Below, in pieces: positions 1-9,500 of a stretch of DNA of 64,000 bases. How positions within the stretch are numbered: the stretch's first letter is position 1; each line of letters opens with the position of its first letter. Source of the stretch: Candidatus Nomurabacteria bacterium (GTDB lineage: Bacteria; Patescibacteriota; Minisyncoccia; Phycocordibacterales; UBA918); assembly GCA_020632095.1 (NCBI GenBank), contig JACKGF010000001.1, positions 70,549-134,548 on the forward strand, given 5' to 3'. A program made the position numbers and the translations under genes. The notes beneath the pieces are model-generated. The model was not told where the DNA came from. It did no database searches and saw only the letters and a program-made list of their open reading frames with translations.

Positions 1-74
1 ACAATATTTGAATGAAAGTGAAAGAAAGCGAAAGGCCGTAAATTAAAAAATATGATGTGATATTATATTCGAAT

Positions 75-254
75 ATGCAAATGTTCGGATTAGTATCTTT
101 ACTGCTCGTGATTGCTATAGCGGCCATGTGGTTGACTGCTGGTATGGGAGGGACAGTAACAGTGCAAAATGATGATGGTACGGTTACTACACAGTCTGGT
201 TACGTTGAGGCGGTTGATCAGGCGGAAGATGCGGCTAGGATGATGGAGCAGTAG
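75..254 (+). CDS. small hydrophobic protein, hypothetical. The ORF track starts at GTG 57; the first ATG is at 75.
   Basis: ORF of 60-65 aa with one predicted TM segment (GLVSLLLVIAIAAMWLTAG), followed by a hairpin terminator at 268-308. Confidence 0.3.
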   Translation: MQMFGLVSLLLVIAIAAMWLTAGMGGTVTVQNDDGTVTTQSGYVEAVDQAEDAARMMEQ

Positions 255-267
255 TATTTTGATTGTG

Positions 268-308
268 GAAATAGGTGGGGACGTTTTGCGAACCCACCTA
301 TTTTAATT
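268..308 (+). terminator. rho-independent terminator
   Basis: Stem gaaataggtggg / cccacctatttt with a 13-nt loop, followed by a T-run (ttttaattt). Confidence 0.45.
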
Positions 309-335
309 TGTCAATAATAATGCTAAGCTGAAGTC

Positions 336-527
336 ATGAAAATCATCAAATGCTACAATTGCGATTTGATTTTAAAAGCAAAAACTAAGCAAGAGATGTT
401 AAACCAACTCTATCTACACTACATGTCTGAGCATGAAAAAGTCATTCTTGGTGCAGACACAACTAAAAAAAAGCTTTGGATGGAAAAGTTTAACAAAGAT
501 TGGTCTGAAGCGCCCAAAGCCGAATAG
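336..527 (+). CDS. hypothetical small protein (63 aa)
   Basis: ATG-initiated ORF with Lys-rich sequence and a CxxC motif (CYNC) near the N-terminus. No family recognised. Confidence 0.3.
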   Translation: MKIIKCYNCDLILKAKTKQEMLNQLYLHYMSEHEKVILGADTTKKKLWMEKFNKDWSEAPKAE

Positions 528-604
528 GCGATAGTGCAAATTTATTGATTTCGGGTGTGTTACAATTTGTTAAGTTCATATAGATATCAGTCTAATTTAC
601 TATA

Positions 605-632
605 TTGCACATTTATTTTAATGTGTTATAAT
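605..632 (+). promoter_or_regulatory. sigma70-like promoter upstream of the CorC/CNNM gene
   Basis: -35 element ttgcac (605-610), 16-bp spacer, extended -10 element tgt-tataat (624-632). The ATG lies 25 nt downstream. Confidence 0.4.
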
Positions 633-656
633 CTGACAAATTTGATTCAATAATAA

Positions 657-1646
657 ATGGAATACTTAATATCGCTAGTCTTAGTGATTTTATCAGGGCT
701 CTTTTCGGGCTTAACACTAGGACTACTTTCACTCGACACACAGTCGTTACAGCGTCGTGCCAACCATGGAGACGCCCAAGCCGCCAAAATTTATCCAATT
801 AGACAGAAGGGTAATCTTTTGCTAACTACTCTTCTCTTGGGTAATGTTACTGTTAACACCACTCTTTCAATATTTTTAGGCAGTATTGCTTCTGGTTTAG
901 TAGCTGGCTTAACCGCTACTACTTTAATTGTTTTGTTTGGTGAAATATTCCCACAAGCCATTATTTCTAGACACGCTCTGTGGTTTGGATCAAGAACTAT
1001 TTGGTTTACAAAAGTGACCATTTTTGTATTTTATCCAATTGCTTGGCCAATTTCTAAAATATTGGATCATTTCTTAGGTAAAGAGTTACCAACTACTTAT
1101 ACAAGTAGAGAGCTGATGGATATTATCTCTGAACACGAAGATTCTGAGCATAGTACAATTGATGCTGATGAGGAGCGGATTGTGCACGGAGCACTGCAAT
1201 TTTCACATCTACGTGTACGAAATGTTATGACTGAAGCTGATCAGGTGGTTATGTGTGACGAGAACCAGCGACTAAACGACGATTTCTTTATTGAGATTAA
1301 TGGCTCTGGGTTTTCAAGAATACCAGTCTTCAGTGGTAATAGAAATAATATTGTTGGTATCTTGTACGTCAAAGATCTACTGATTGAACATGAGGATATT
1401 TCTGTTAAGGACACTGAAGAGGCTTTTGAAAAAGGTTATCTGAGAGTGAAAGGAGGGGAGTTGCTTGACTCTGTATTGGCTAAAATGTTGAAGTCAAAAC
1501 AACATATGGCGATTGTGAAGAATCAAAATAATCAATTCATTGGAGTTATTTCACTAGAAGACATTATAGAAGAAATTATTCAGCAAGAGATTGAAGATGA
1601 GGATGACGATGATGAATCTGAAGAAGAATTGATTGTAGGGAAATAA
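657..1646 (+). CDS. CNNM/CorC-family transporter-associated protein (DUF21 transmembrane domain + CBS pair + acidic C-terminal tail)
   Basis: N-terminal multi-TM DUF21/CNNM-type region, followed by two CBS-like segments (RVRNVMT..., IPVF...IVGILYVKDLL) and a D/E-rich tail. This is the typical TlyC/CorC architecture. Confidence 0.85.
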   Translation: MEYLISLVLVILSGLFSGLTLGLLSLDTQSLQRRANHGDAQAAKIYPIRQKGNLLLTTLLLGNVTVNTTLSIFLGSIASGLVAGLTATTLIVLFGEIFPQAIISRHALWFGSRTIWFTKVTIFVFYPIAWPISKILDHFLGKELPTTYTSRELMDIISEHEDSEHSTIDADEERIVHGALQFSHLRVRNVMTEADQVVMCDENQRLNDDFFIEINGSGFSRIPVFSGNRNNIVGILYVKDLLIEHEDISVKDTEEAFEKGYLRVKGGELLDSVLAKMLKSKQHMAIVKNQNNQFIGVISLEDIIEEIIQQEIEDEDDDDESEEELIVGK

Positions 1647-1650
1647 TAAA

Positions 1651-1682
1651 AAAGTGGACTGCATCGCAGTCCACTTTTTTAT
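1651..1682. terminator. bidirectional rho-independent terminator between convergent genes
   Basis: Perfect 12-bp stem aaagtggactgc / gcagtccacttt with a 3-nt loop, flanked by an A-run upstream and a T-run downstream. Confidence 0.6.
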
Positions 1683-1688
1683 TATTTC

Positions 1689-2384
1689 CTATACCCCCAG
1701 CTCTTTAAGTAGAGTTTCAAGCTCTATTCCCTGAATCTTCCGATATTGATTAGGTTTAAGTTTTTCGAGTGTGATATTAACGATCCTGACTCGCTTTAAT
1801 GATTGAACCTGATATCCAAGTGCCGCACACATGCGACGAATTTGGTGCTTTTTACCTTCAGTAATAATGATTGAAAAACGCTTGTCGTTACGGGGATTGG
1901 CTATAATTGTTGATGGTTTAGTGCGATATCCTTCTATATCAACGCCGGCTTCCATAGCGCGCTTAAACATACCTGAGAGTGGCTTGTCTACCAAGACGTC
2001 ATACTCTTTTTCATTATTTCGATCTGGTTCTAGTAGCGGGCCGGTTATGCGACCGTCATTAGAGAGAATAATCAAGCCTTCTGAGTCCTTATCAAGGCGA
2101 CCAACTGGGGCTACGTGAGTAATGCCATAGTCTTTAGCTAGACGGGTAGCGATATCAATCTCGCCAGCGGCTGGGGAGTGGGTAATGATACCGCGGCCTT
2201 TGTAATAGGCTAGGTAGGATTTTGATTTGGTTTTTCCAACTATTTCAACCTCATCAGTCTCTTCAACTTGTTGACCCATTTGGGCTTTTTTACCATTAAT
2301 TTTAACCTTCCCTTGTTCAATCAGAGTGTCTGACTCACGTCTTGAAGCCACGCCAGTGTGGGCGAGGTATTTGTTGATACGCAT
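1689..2384 (-). CDS. RsuA/RluB-family pseudouridine synthase (S4 domain + PSUS domain). The ORF extends to 2417; the likely start is ATG 2384 (MRINKYLA...).
   Basis: N-terminal S4 RNA-binding signature (MRINKYLAHTGVASRRESDTLIEQGKVKING) and a catalytic-aspartate region (VGRLDKDSEGLIILSNDG), collinear with E. coli RsuA. Confidence 0.8.
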   Translation of the reverse strand: MRINKYLAHTGVASRRESDTLIEQGKVKINGKKAQMGQQVEETDEVEIVGKTKSKSYLAYYKGRGIITHSPAAGEIDIATRLAKDYGITHVAPVGRLDKDSEGLIILSNDGRITGPLLEPDRNNEKEYDVLVDKPLSGMFKRAMEAGVDIEGYRTKPSTIIANPRNDKRFSIIITEGKKHQIRRMCAALGYQVQSLKRVRIVNITLEKLKPNQYRKIQGIELETLLKELGV

Positions 2385-2577
2385 CGGAAATTCCATAAGA
2401 CTTTGATTATAACACAAACAATTTTATTTGGCAACTTTTTCAAAAAAAGCAGTAAGAGAGGTTTTTGTATGTGTAATAAGGATTGGTTGAAGGTTTTGCT
2501 CTATATAAAAGAAAAAGCAGCGTCAGGGGTGTTATCCTGTCGCTGCTGTTGCCGGTTTATTCAACCGGAAAATGCTT

Positions 2578-3474
2578 CTACTTCGTTTTCGCGGCCTTGC
2601 CATTGCTGGTGCCCTTCATGCTGTTGCGCACCAGTTTGGCTTCGTCCGAGCGTTGACCCTTCTTACGCAGGTAGGCTGCGGGAGGTCCCTTTTTATCGTT
2701 GCTGGGCGTAGCGTCGGACGACACACCGCGGAACTGGAAGATGATGGCTGTCGAGTCATTGACGCCGTCGAGCATGTTGAAGACTTGCTTGCGCATGTCT
2801 TGCGTCATTGACAACTGACAGCCGGCCAGGTAGCGCCGAACGATGTCACGAGCTTCCACGTTCCCGATGACGCAGTCGAGATAATCGATCATGCCCTCGA
2901 GGAAGGTTTTGTCCGTGACGTTGTCGCCGTACCAGCCCTCGGCCAAGAGGACGCGAGTCGCAGCCATACTGGCGACGGTCAGGTTCTGTTGAACCAATTT
3001 GCCGTCGGTGCACATGATTTGCGACACGGAGCCGTTATTCAAAAGCACGTTCAGGTATTGACCTTCGGTGAACTGGTACAGTCCGCGCATCGGGTTTGAT
3101 TGCATGATACTCTCCGCAGTGCCGTAAGCACCGACGGTGAACTTCTCCTCCCACGGCTTGTTGCTCTTGCTGAGGTCGATCATGACCATGAGCGCCGAGG
3201 GATTGGTGTCCGAAGGAGCGACGAAGGTCAAGAACGGCTTGCTGTCGAAACGCGGGGTCACCGTGAACATTGCCGTCGAGAGCATGTACCCGCCCATGGT
3301 GTGGCAAGGGTGGTGCTTGTCGATGCTGATGGAACGGGTGCCGAACGTGAGGCGGTTGCCGACCAAGTTGATACCGTTGGTCAGAACGCCGTCGTCGCCG
3401 ATCGTGAAGCAGTCGACTTGAACGTTGGCTGCTTTTTTGGCGGTCTGGGCGGCGGTCTTGGTGACTTGAGTCAT
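2578..3474 (-). CDS. hypothetical protein (298 aa) encoded by a GC-rich, foreign-looking gene. It has Lys-rich N- and C-terminal tails.
   Basis: This is the longest ORF in a roughly 950-bp GC-rich patch, with a strong C-ending codon bias unlike its neighbours. A canonical AAGGAG lies 7 nt upstream of ATG 3474 (the ORF track starts at TTG 3492). No family recognised. Confidence 0.55.
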   Translation of the reverse strand: MTQVTKTAAQTAKKAANVQVDCFTIGDDGVLTNGINLVGNRLTFGTRSISIDKHHPCHTMGGYMLSTAMFTVTPRFDSKPFLTFVAPSDTNPSALMVMIDLSKSNKPWEEKFTVGAYGTAESIMQSNPMRGLYQFTEGQYLNVLLNNGSVSQIMCTDGKLVQQNLTVASMAATRVLLAEGWYGDNVTDKTFLEGMIDYLDCVIGNVEARDIVRRYLAGCQLSMTQDMRKQVFNMLDGVNDSTAIIFQFRGVSSDATPSNDKKGPPAAYLRKKGQRSDEAKLVRNSMKGTSNGKAAKTK

Positions 3475-3671
3475 GGTGAATCTCCTTTTCAAAGGTAAAA
3501 CCGTACTACGTTAAAGAGCTAACTTTTATACCTACTATCCTAGCACGCATCAGTGGATTTGTCAATAGAAACTGATTTGTTTTTCTGTCAAGACCAAGTT
3601 TAGAAAGGGGATTATGAGATACAAAAAAGCTTGTATCTGCATATAAATAATCGGTTTTCTGTAATTCATAT

Positions 3672-3714
3672 CAAAAAACAGGTGACTTAAGTAGCAAAAG
3701 CTACTTAAGTCACC
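3672..3714 (-). terminator. rho-independent terminator for the minus-strand gene 3765..4142
   Basis: Perfect 15-bp stem ggtgacttaagtagc / gctacttaagtcacc with loop aaaa. A T-run on the minus strand follows (A-run 3673-3679 on the plus strand). Confidence 0.5.
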
Positions 3715-3764
3715 GGTTAAATTTGGATGAATATGTTCCTTTTTATTTTTATTCGCTGTCGAGA

Positions 3765-4142
3765 CTACTCTGATTTTCGGATGACAAGATAGGTGAAGAG
3801 TCCGACTACGCTACCAACTATGACCCCCGCGCCAGTGACAACAACAAACATTGATGGAGTTCCTCCAGAGGTATATTGCCAAGCGAGTGAACTGACTGCT
3901 CCTCCAGTGACTGCACCAATAATTGTTCTTGCTCGGGCTGGGTGATTTCTGATCAGTCCGAGTATTTTTTTTGGAGTTGTGAGTAACGTGTAGCCACTTA
4001 TGAAATACACAGACAGCTCAGCCATTCCCATCGCTATTAGTATGATTACCACACCATGAATTAAACCGTAGCTCTCTGCTACAAAATACAAAGATAGTAC
4101 AACTACCAACAAGTAAGCTAATTGATGTGTATATTGTTTCAT
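3765..4142 (-). CDS. small integral membrane protein (about 4 TM), hypothetical
   Basis: A 125-aa ORF with four hydrophobic segments and its own terminator. Confidence 0.5.
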   Translation of the reverse strand: MKQYTHQLAYLLVVVLSLYFVAESYGLIHGVVIILIAMGMAELSVYFISGYTLLTTPKKILGLIRNHPARARTIIGAVTGGAVSSLAWQYTSGGTPSMFVVVTGAGVIVGSVVGLFTYLVIRKSE

Positions 4143-4295
4143 TGTTAGTCCTCTGTAGAAAGGAATGTCTCAATTTGAGAATTCAAATTGAGTGTACTGT
4201 AAAACAAATCTTATGTAACTATAGAAGTTTAGTGAGTGCAAGTCAAACAAACGACCATAGTAAGTGGTCGTTTGTTTGACGGTTTGATTTCTGTC

Positions 4296-4826
4296 TTAAA
4301 AACCAATCGCTGGGGTCAGGTAATACTGTAGTTCTGAGGGGTTGAGATGGGCTACAATGGTGTTTTTGCTATCAATCATGGTAAAGGGCAGGCGACTGAC
4401 TAGTAGGGAATAATCTTGGTTTGCGGTTTGCTCTGCTACTGGGACTTTTAGGAAGGTTACTAGGGTAAATTTGGCACCTTTACCGGCTGGTAGGTAATAT
4501 TGGTTGTCTTTAATGATAACGTCTTTATCTGTAGTGAAAGCTAGACTGGTAGTTTTTCCTTCTAGAATAGGTTCTTTTTCTTTATCCACTATCTTGTAAC
4601 CAATGTAGGGTGAATCGTCTGTCGCTTCAGTACCGCGGACAGCCCCGATTGGAATATATAATTCTCTGGTCGCAAACCCGAATTTATAGGTCACAGTGAA
4701 CATTATGGTTTCGTTGTTTATTCTTGTGGCGGTCTGGTCAGTGGTGAAATAGGCTTGTGAAATATTGGGTAATAAAAGCGCAAAAGCGAAAGTGCTGATA
4801 AATAGTTTCATTTTATTGATTTTCAT
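4296..4826 (-). CDS. secreted hypothetical protein (signal peptide)
   Basis: N-terminal MKINKMKLFISTFAFALLLPNISQA is a signal peptide. The rest looks beta-rich and matches no recognised family. Confidence 0.5.
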   Translation of the reverse strand: MKINKMKLFISTFAFALLLPNISQAYFTTDQTATRINNETIMFTVTYKFGFATRELYIPIGAVRGTEATDDSPYIGYKIVDKEKEPILEGKTTSLAFTTDKDVIIKDNQYYLPAGKGAKFTLVTFLKVPVAEQTANQDYSLLVSRLPFTMIDSKNTIVAHLNPSELQYYLTPAIGF

Positions 4827-4851
4827 GCGACTATTTTACTACATCTAGATT

Positions 4852-5436
4852 ATGGAACAACTACTGCAACTACCACCCAGTGATGAAGAATTGGTAAAAA
4901 AGACCCTAGAAGACAAAAACTTCTTTGGTGAGCTTGTTGATCGGTATGAAGCCAAGTTGACTCGTTATATAAATCGGCTCGGGATTCGTAATCCGGATGA
5001 TCAATTAGATGTTTTGCAGGAAATCTTTTTGAAAACCTACCGCAATCTAAATGCTTTTGATTCTTCATTAAAATTTTCCTCTTGGGTATACCGGATAGCG
5101 CACAACGAAGCTATTAGCTGGTACCGTAAAAAGAATGTCAGACCCGAAGGACATCTAATCGCGGAAAGTGAGGAAATTATTTCTTTTTTGTCGGCGGGGG
5201 AGGAAGTGGCTGATGTGGCTTTTGATAAATCTATCAATGCTAGTGTAGTTAACGAGGCTTTGGCTAAAATTGACGATAAATACCGCGAGGTATTGATCTT
5301 GCGCTTTTTTGAGCATAAGGAGTACGACGAAATATCTGACATTTTAAAAATACCAGTTGGCTCGGTCGGAACTCTGATTCATCGTGGCAAAAAACAATTA
5401 GCCAATGTCCTAAACCCAGATGCCTTACGTATATAA
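4852..5436 (+). CDS. ECF-subfamily RNA polymerase sigma-70 factor (sigma-24 type)
   Basis: Region 2 (LQEIFLKTYRNLNAFD...FSSWVYRIAHNEAISWYRKK) and region 4 HTH (REVLILRFFEHKEYDEISDILKIPVGSVGTLIHRGKKQL). Confidence 0.85.
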   Translation: MEQLLQLPPSDEELVKKTLEDKNFFGELVDRYEAKLTRYINRLGIRNPDDQLDVLQEIFLKTYRNLNAFDSSLKFSSWVYRIAHNEAISWYRKKNVRPEGHLIAESEEIISFLSAGEEVADVAFDKSINASVVNEALAKIDDKYREVLILRFFEHKEYDEISDILKIPVGSVGTLIHRGKKQLANVLNPDALRI

Positions 5437-5450
5437 GAACAAGAAACATT

Positions 5451-6371
5451 ATGAATTCTGAAACTCAACAATCAAAAAAACCACTTAAAGAAACGCTTTT
5501 TGCTCGGATTGAGGAGGGTAATGTATGTCCGCGTTCCAGATGGGTTTATTTCTGTCAGGAGTGTATGGTGTGGACGGCGTGGGTGATTTCGGTTTTGATT
5601 GGTTCGCTCGCGGTAGCAATTTCTGTTTTTGTGGTGACTCATCACCAGTATGCATTATATGAAGCAACCCATGAGAATTTCCTGACTTTTATGGTTGAGG
5701 TGTTGCCTTACGTGTGGCTGATCGCTTTTGCTGTCATGGTTTATGTAGCGGTGTTTAATCTTAGACACACAAAACACGGTTATCGATATTCAATTACAAT
5801 GATTTTGTCGAGTAGTATAATATTAAGTTTTGCTGGAGGTTCAGCTTTGCAGTATTTTGGTCTTGGTTATCAGATTGATAATATTTTAGGTTATCAAATG
5901 TCGATGTATATGTCTCAAGACAAATTGGAAAGAAAGATGTGGCAAGCGCCAGAAGAAGGACGATTGGTGGGGAAACAAGTAGCCAAGACTGTTGCGTCAA
6001 CTACGATAGTTATTTTTGAAGATATGATGGGTGACCGGTGGCAGATGAATATTAGTGAATTGTCTGACTTAGATATGGAACATCTTGCTTCTGGACAAAC
6101 TGTGCGGTTGCTGGGAGAAGCTACTAATTCAGAATTCAAAATATTTCATGCCTGTGGCGCTTTTCCTTGGATGGTGAATGTTTCAGTCGACGAAATGAGC
6201 AAAGAGAGACAAATATTTGTTGAACAATTATATACACACATGAAAAAAGAAGAACAAAGGTTAGCTTTGATTGAAGAAATGGAGAAAGAAAGTGACCAAG
6301 ATGCTATGCCGATATTTCGCAGTGTTTGCGCCAATATTGCCGCCGCTAGACGAATGCCTGCTCGACAATAG
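5451..6371 (+). CDS. membrane protein co-transcribed with the ECF sigma factor; putative anti-sigma factor
   Basis: Starts 15 nt after the sigma gene stop. It has a 45-aa cytoplasmic N-terminus with a Cys cluster (CPRSRWVYFCQEC), then several TM helices. The anti-sigma role is inferred from position only. Confidence 0.4.
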   Translation: MNSETQQSKKPLKETLFARIEEGNVCPRSRWVYFCQECMVWTAWVISVLIGSLAVAISVFVVTHHQYALYEATHENFLTFMVEVLPYVWLIAFAVMVYVAVFNLRHTKHGYRYSITMILSSSIILSFAGGSALQYFGLGYQIDNILGYQMSMYMSQDKLERKMWQAPEEGRLVGKQVAKTVASTTIVIFEDMMGDRWQMNISELSDLDMEHLASGQTVRLLGEATNSEFKIFHACGAFPWMVNVSVDEMSKERQIFVEQLYTHMKKEEQRLALIEEMEKESDQDAMPIFRSVCANIAAARRMPARQ

Positions 6372-6528
6372 GTAAGAGTTGTTATTGTAGGCCACGTAGA
6401 TTTGGCGGGGAGAGTTTTTCAATTAAAACGCTTGTATTTTTATAGTACTGTAGTACAGTTTGACAAACACGACAGTGGGAAAGCTCCGTGATTATTTACG
6501 CAACGTCTATCAGCTAAGCTTTTGTCTT

Positions 6529-9411
6529 ATGAATATTACTTCCCTTACTCATCGTAATGTTTCCGCGCGATTTTTTGCGGGAATAACTATCTTATCGTTA
6601 TTAATGAGTGCCGTGCCAGTAGCTTTTTATACGGCAACGGCTGCTACAGATTTGGTTGGTCCAGCTAGTAAAACTATTAATGCTACCGACCCTTATGGGT
6701 CTGGCGTAGTGGATGCTTCAGTTTTTTCAAACCTTACTTTTTCGTTTGATTATGACTCAACTGAACTAGATGGTACTGACGATAGTTTCACTTATGGTTG
6801 GAGGGATGCTGGTGGTGACAAAGATCTTGGCACAGTGGTTGGCTTGGTAGGAGCGACAGCGGCTGAGATTGATTCAATATCGGTACCGCTACCTGCTGAG
6901 GCTTTGGTGGCTGATCTGGAAGTGTATGTCTACTCAACAGCGATTCCTGGTAATGAAAGTGATGAAGTTAAGTTGAGTAATATTTTGGTAGCAGGTGATT
7001 TGACTCCTGTGCCAGTAACTGCTGAACTAAGGATTGTAAAAGAGGTAGCAGGAGGCACAGCAGTGCCGGCTGATTGGGAAATGACCGCTACGGCCGATGG
7101 AAATGAGTATGATTTTACAGACAATGGAGATTCTGAGGAATTTCACGCGGTTGCAGCTGATTTGCCTTATATAATGAGTGAGTCTGAAGTGGCCGACTAT
7201 GAACTAACTTCGATTGAGTGTGATGGTGGAACTCAAGATGGTTCCGAAATAACTCTAGCAGAGGACGAGTCTGTAACATGTGTTTTCATAAATACATACA
7301 AAGTGATAGAAGTGATAGATGATACAGAAGATACGGTAGTTTATGGATGTATGGACGAGACTGCTAATAATTACAACGCTGACGCAACTGAAGCGGGAGA
7401 AGTTGTGTGTACTTATGATGAAGATACTGAGGATGAAGGTTCAAACGAAGAAGATAATGGTGGAGGTAACAACAACGGAGGATATGATTGGTCTTTGTGT
7501 GAAGACGGGCCTGATTGGCTTGATAATCCATACTGGGCTCATCCAGGCAAGAAAAAAGATGGTAGTGACATAACTGATCCAAATCGAACCAACCCAAATG
7601 TTGTTCTTGGTGAACCAGATTGGACCAGTGGTGGTATAACTGGTTTCTATTCACTAGGATTTGGCGGTTTCTTCATTGTTGATTTCTACAACTACGTACT
7701 TGACGTTGATGGGGTCGACCTAACTATTCATGAAGCCACTAACGGTAATTATCCGTTAGAACAAGCTGAGGTGTGGGTGAGTCAGACGGGTGGAGATTGG
7801 AAGTATGTTGGTCTAGCTGATAATACAGCTCCGGACCGAGTGACAAGTCTTGATTTCTCAAACACAGGCCTGCCGTGGATTCAGTTTGTGAAGTTGGTAG
7901 ACGTGTCTGATCCCGACCTACACAATAATGACGCTGACGGCTTTGACCTAGATGCTGTGGGAGCCACTATGGCTGTCTGTAGTGAACCGGGAAAGGTTTG
8001 TCCAGATGATGAATGTTTGGCTGAAGTGGAAGCTCGGGTGGTGCTTCAAGCTGGGGAGGTGATTGCAAATAATGGAGATGGTAATCTTAAACCACAAGTG
8101 ATTTTGGGTGACGGTTCAGTCGTGCCTTTTGGACAATGGTTTAAGTTATCTGAAGCTCAAAATCCGGGTGATTCAGCCGAATGGATTGATGACCCAAGTA
8201 CTGTGACTGATTACGCAAATCCTGAGGATTTGGAAGGGTTGTTTGTTAGTCGGGAAGGAAATGGGAAGGTTAGAGTAGCTTTGTATGGCTTCCACAACCC
8301 AGGCGGAGACGCAAATTACGAATCTTTGCGGGCAACTATTGAATTTAATGATGCAACTGTGAAGAGTGGAGCAACTCATCAAATCAATGGTAATTTCAAG
8401 CTTGAAAACCACTCTGAAACAGATAAAGTGGTCTCAAACGATAACTTCGATTCATTTTCAGAATTAGAAGATTTGACTGGGGTTGACTTCGATTTCTGGG
8501 TTGATACAAAAGCTGATGGAATTGTGGTTACACTAGACGACGAAAAGGCGGTTGAGTGCGATGACGATACAGACCCGCGCGACCCGGTAGATGATAATGA
8601 AGAAACCTACCTGATTGGTGGTTACAAATATGAAGTTGACGGTGAGAATAATACTCCTAAGGCTGGCTGGAATATCTATGCCTATAATAACGATGACGCA
8701 ACCTCACTAGCGACTACTACAGATAGTAATGGTGCCTATTACTTTGATGTTGAGGCGGGGGACTGGGAAATTACTGAAGAAGTACTAGCTGACTGGGATC
8801 AGGTTTCAGTTTGGCAAAATGGCGAAATTGTAGAAACAGAAGGCGAAAATGTTGGTTATTGTGAATTTGATTTATTTTCTGAAGAAGGCTTTTATCACTG
8901 TGACTTCTACAACGAATACGTCGGCTCGTCTGACGACGATAACGGAGACGAAGATGTGAATGAAAATGATGAAGGTGATAGCAGTAATGACGAGGATACA
9001 AATCGAAGAGGTGGATCAAGTTCAGGAACTAAACTACGTCACACAACTCAAGTTCCAACTCCAACTCCAACTCCTTACGTACTCGGAGCTTCAACTTCGC
9101 AGTGTGGAATGCTGTTGCATGATTACATGAAGATTGGTTCTGTTAATAAACCTTACGAAGTGAGAATGTTGCAATATTTCCTAAACGGACAAGGATTTTA
9201 CGTACCGGTGACCGGATTCTTTGGTCCGCTGACAGATAAAGCTGTTAAAGATTTCCAAATGTCATATCAAGCTGAAGTGCTCACCCCTTGGCAAAAAGCC
9301 GGTATTGTTGACCACAACAATCCAACCGGATATGAATACTTGTTGACTAGATGGAAGATAAATAATATTTTCTGTCCGGGTAGTGAACCACTACCAGAAT
9401 TGGTTCCGTAG
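6529..9411 (+). CDS. large secreted acidic surface protein with a C-terminal peptidoglycan-binding (PG_binding_1-like) domain. The ORF track starts at TTG 6460; the first ATG is at 6529.
   Basis: Signal anchor MNITSLTHRNVSARFFAGITILSLLMSAVPVAFYTATAA. The body is D/E/T-rich and beta-rich, followed by a TPTPTPTP linker. The C-terminus (VRMLQYFLNGQGFYVPVTGFFGPLTDKAVKDFQ) matches the PG_binding_1 consensus. Confidence 0.6.
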   Translation: MNITSLTHRNVSARFFAGITILSLLMSAVPVAFYTATAATDLVGPASKTINATDPYGSGVVDASVFSNLTFSFDYDSTELDGTDDSFTYGWRDAGGDKDLGTVVGLVGATAAEIDSISVPLPAEALVADLEVYVYSTAIPGNESDEVKLSNILVAGDLTPVPVTAELRIVKEVAGGTAVPADWEMTATADGNEYDFTDNGDSEEFHAVAADLPYIMSESEVADYELTSIECDGGTQDGSEITLAEDESVTCVFINTYKVIEVIDDTEDTVVYGCMDETANNYNADATEAGEVVCTYDEDTEDEGSNEEDNGGGNNNGGYDWSLCEDGPDWLDNPYWAHPGKKKDGSDITDPNRTNPNVVLGEPDWTSGGITGFYSLGFGGFFIVDFYNYVLDVDGVDLTIHEATNGNYPLEQAEVWVSQTGGDWKYVGLADNTAPDRVTSLDFSNTGLPWIQFVKLVDVSDPDLHNNDADGFDLDAVGATMAVCSEPGKVCPDDECLAEVEARVVLQAGEVIANNGDGNLKPQVILGDGSVVPFGQWFKLSEAQNPGDSAEWIDDPSTVTDYANPEDLEGLFVSREGNGKVRVALYGFHNPGGDANYESLRATIEFNDATVKSGATHQINGNFKLENHSETDKVVSNDNFDSFSELEDLTGVDFDFWVDTKADGIVVTLDDEKAVECDDDTDPRDPVDDNEETYLIGGYKYEVDGENNTPKAGWNIYAYNNDDATSLATTTDSNGAYYFDVEAGDWEITEEVLADWDQVSVWQNGEIVETEGENVGYCEFDLFSEEGFYHCDFYNEYVGSSDDDNGDEDVNENDEGDSSNDEDTNRRGGSSSGTKLRHTTQVPTPTPTPYVLGASTSQCGMLLHDYMKIGSVNKPYEVRMLQYFLNGQGFYVPVTGFFGPLTDKAVKDFQMSYQAEVLTPWQKAGIVDHNNPTGYEYLLTRWKINNIFCPGSEPLPELVP

Positions 9412-9427
9412 GGAAGGGGAGTAAAAC

Positions 9428-9455
9428 AAAAGGCCCTATACACAGGGTCTTTTTG
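9428..9455 (+). terminator. possible rho-independent terminator
   Basis: Stem aaaggccct / agggtcttt (one G-U pair) with loop atacac, followed by ttttgttt. Confidence 0.35.
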
Positions 9456-9463
9456 TTTACCTA

Positions 9464-9492
9464 TTGACAAAATGGCAAAAAAGTACTATAAA
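9464..9492 (+). promoter_or_regulatory. sigma70-like promoter giving a leaderless or near-leaderless transcript for the CAP-domain gene
   Basis: Perfect -35 ttgaca (9464-9469), 17-bp spacer, -10 tataaa (9487-9492). ATG 9501 lies 8-9 nt downstream of the -10 and there is no SD. Confidence 0.4.
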
Positions 9493-9500
9493 TATACAAT

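Noticed and set aside
2572-3498. Plus-strand ORFs (2572..2811, 3100..3498, 3137..3421) in the GC-rich patch
   Set aside because: High GC suppresses stop codons in all frames. The minus-strand 298-aa ORF is the longest, has an AAGGAG SD and shows coherent C-ending codon bias.
4241-4280. Terminator call for hairpin caaacaaacgacca/tggtcgtttgtttg downstream of 4296..4826
   Set aside because: The 14-bp stem is perfect, but there is no convincing U-run on the minus strand after it. It is left uncalled.
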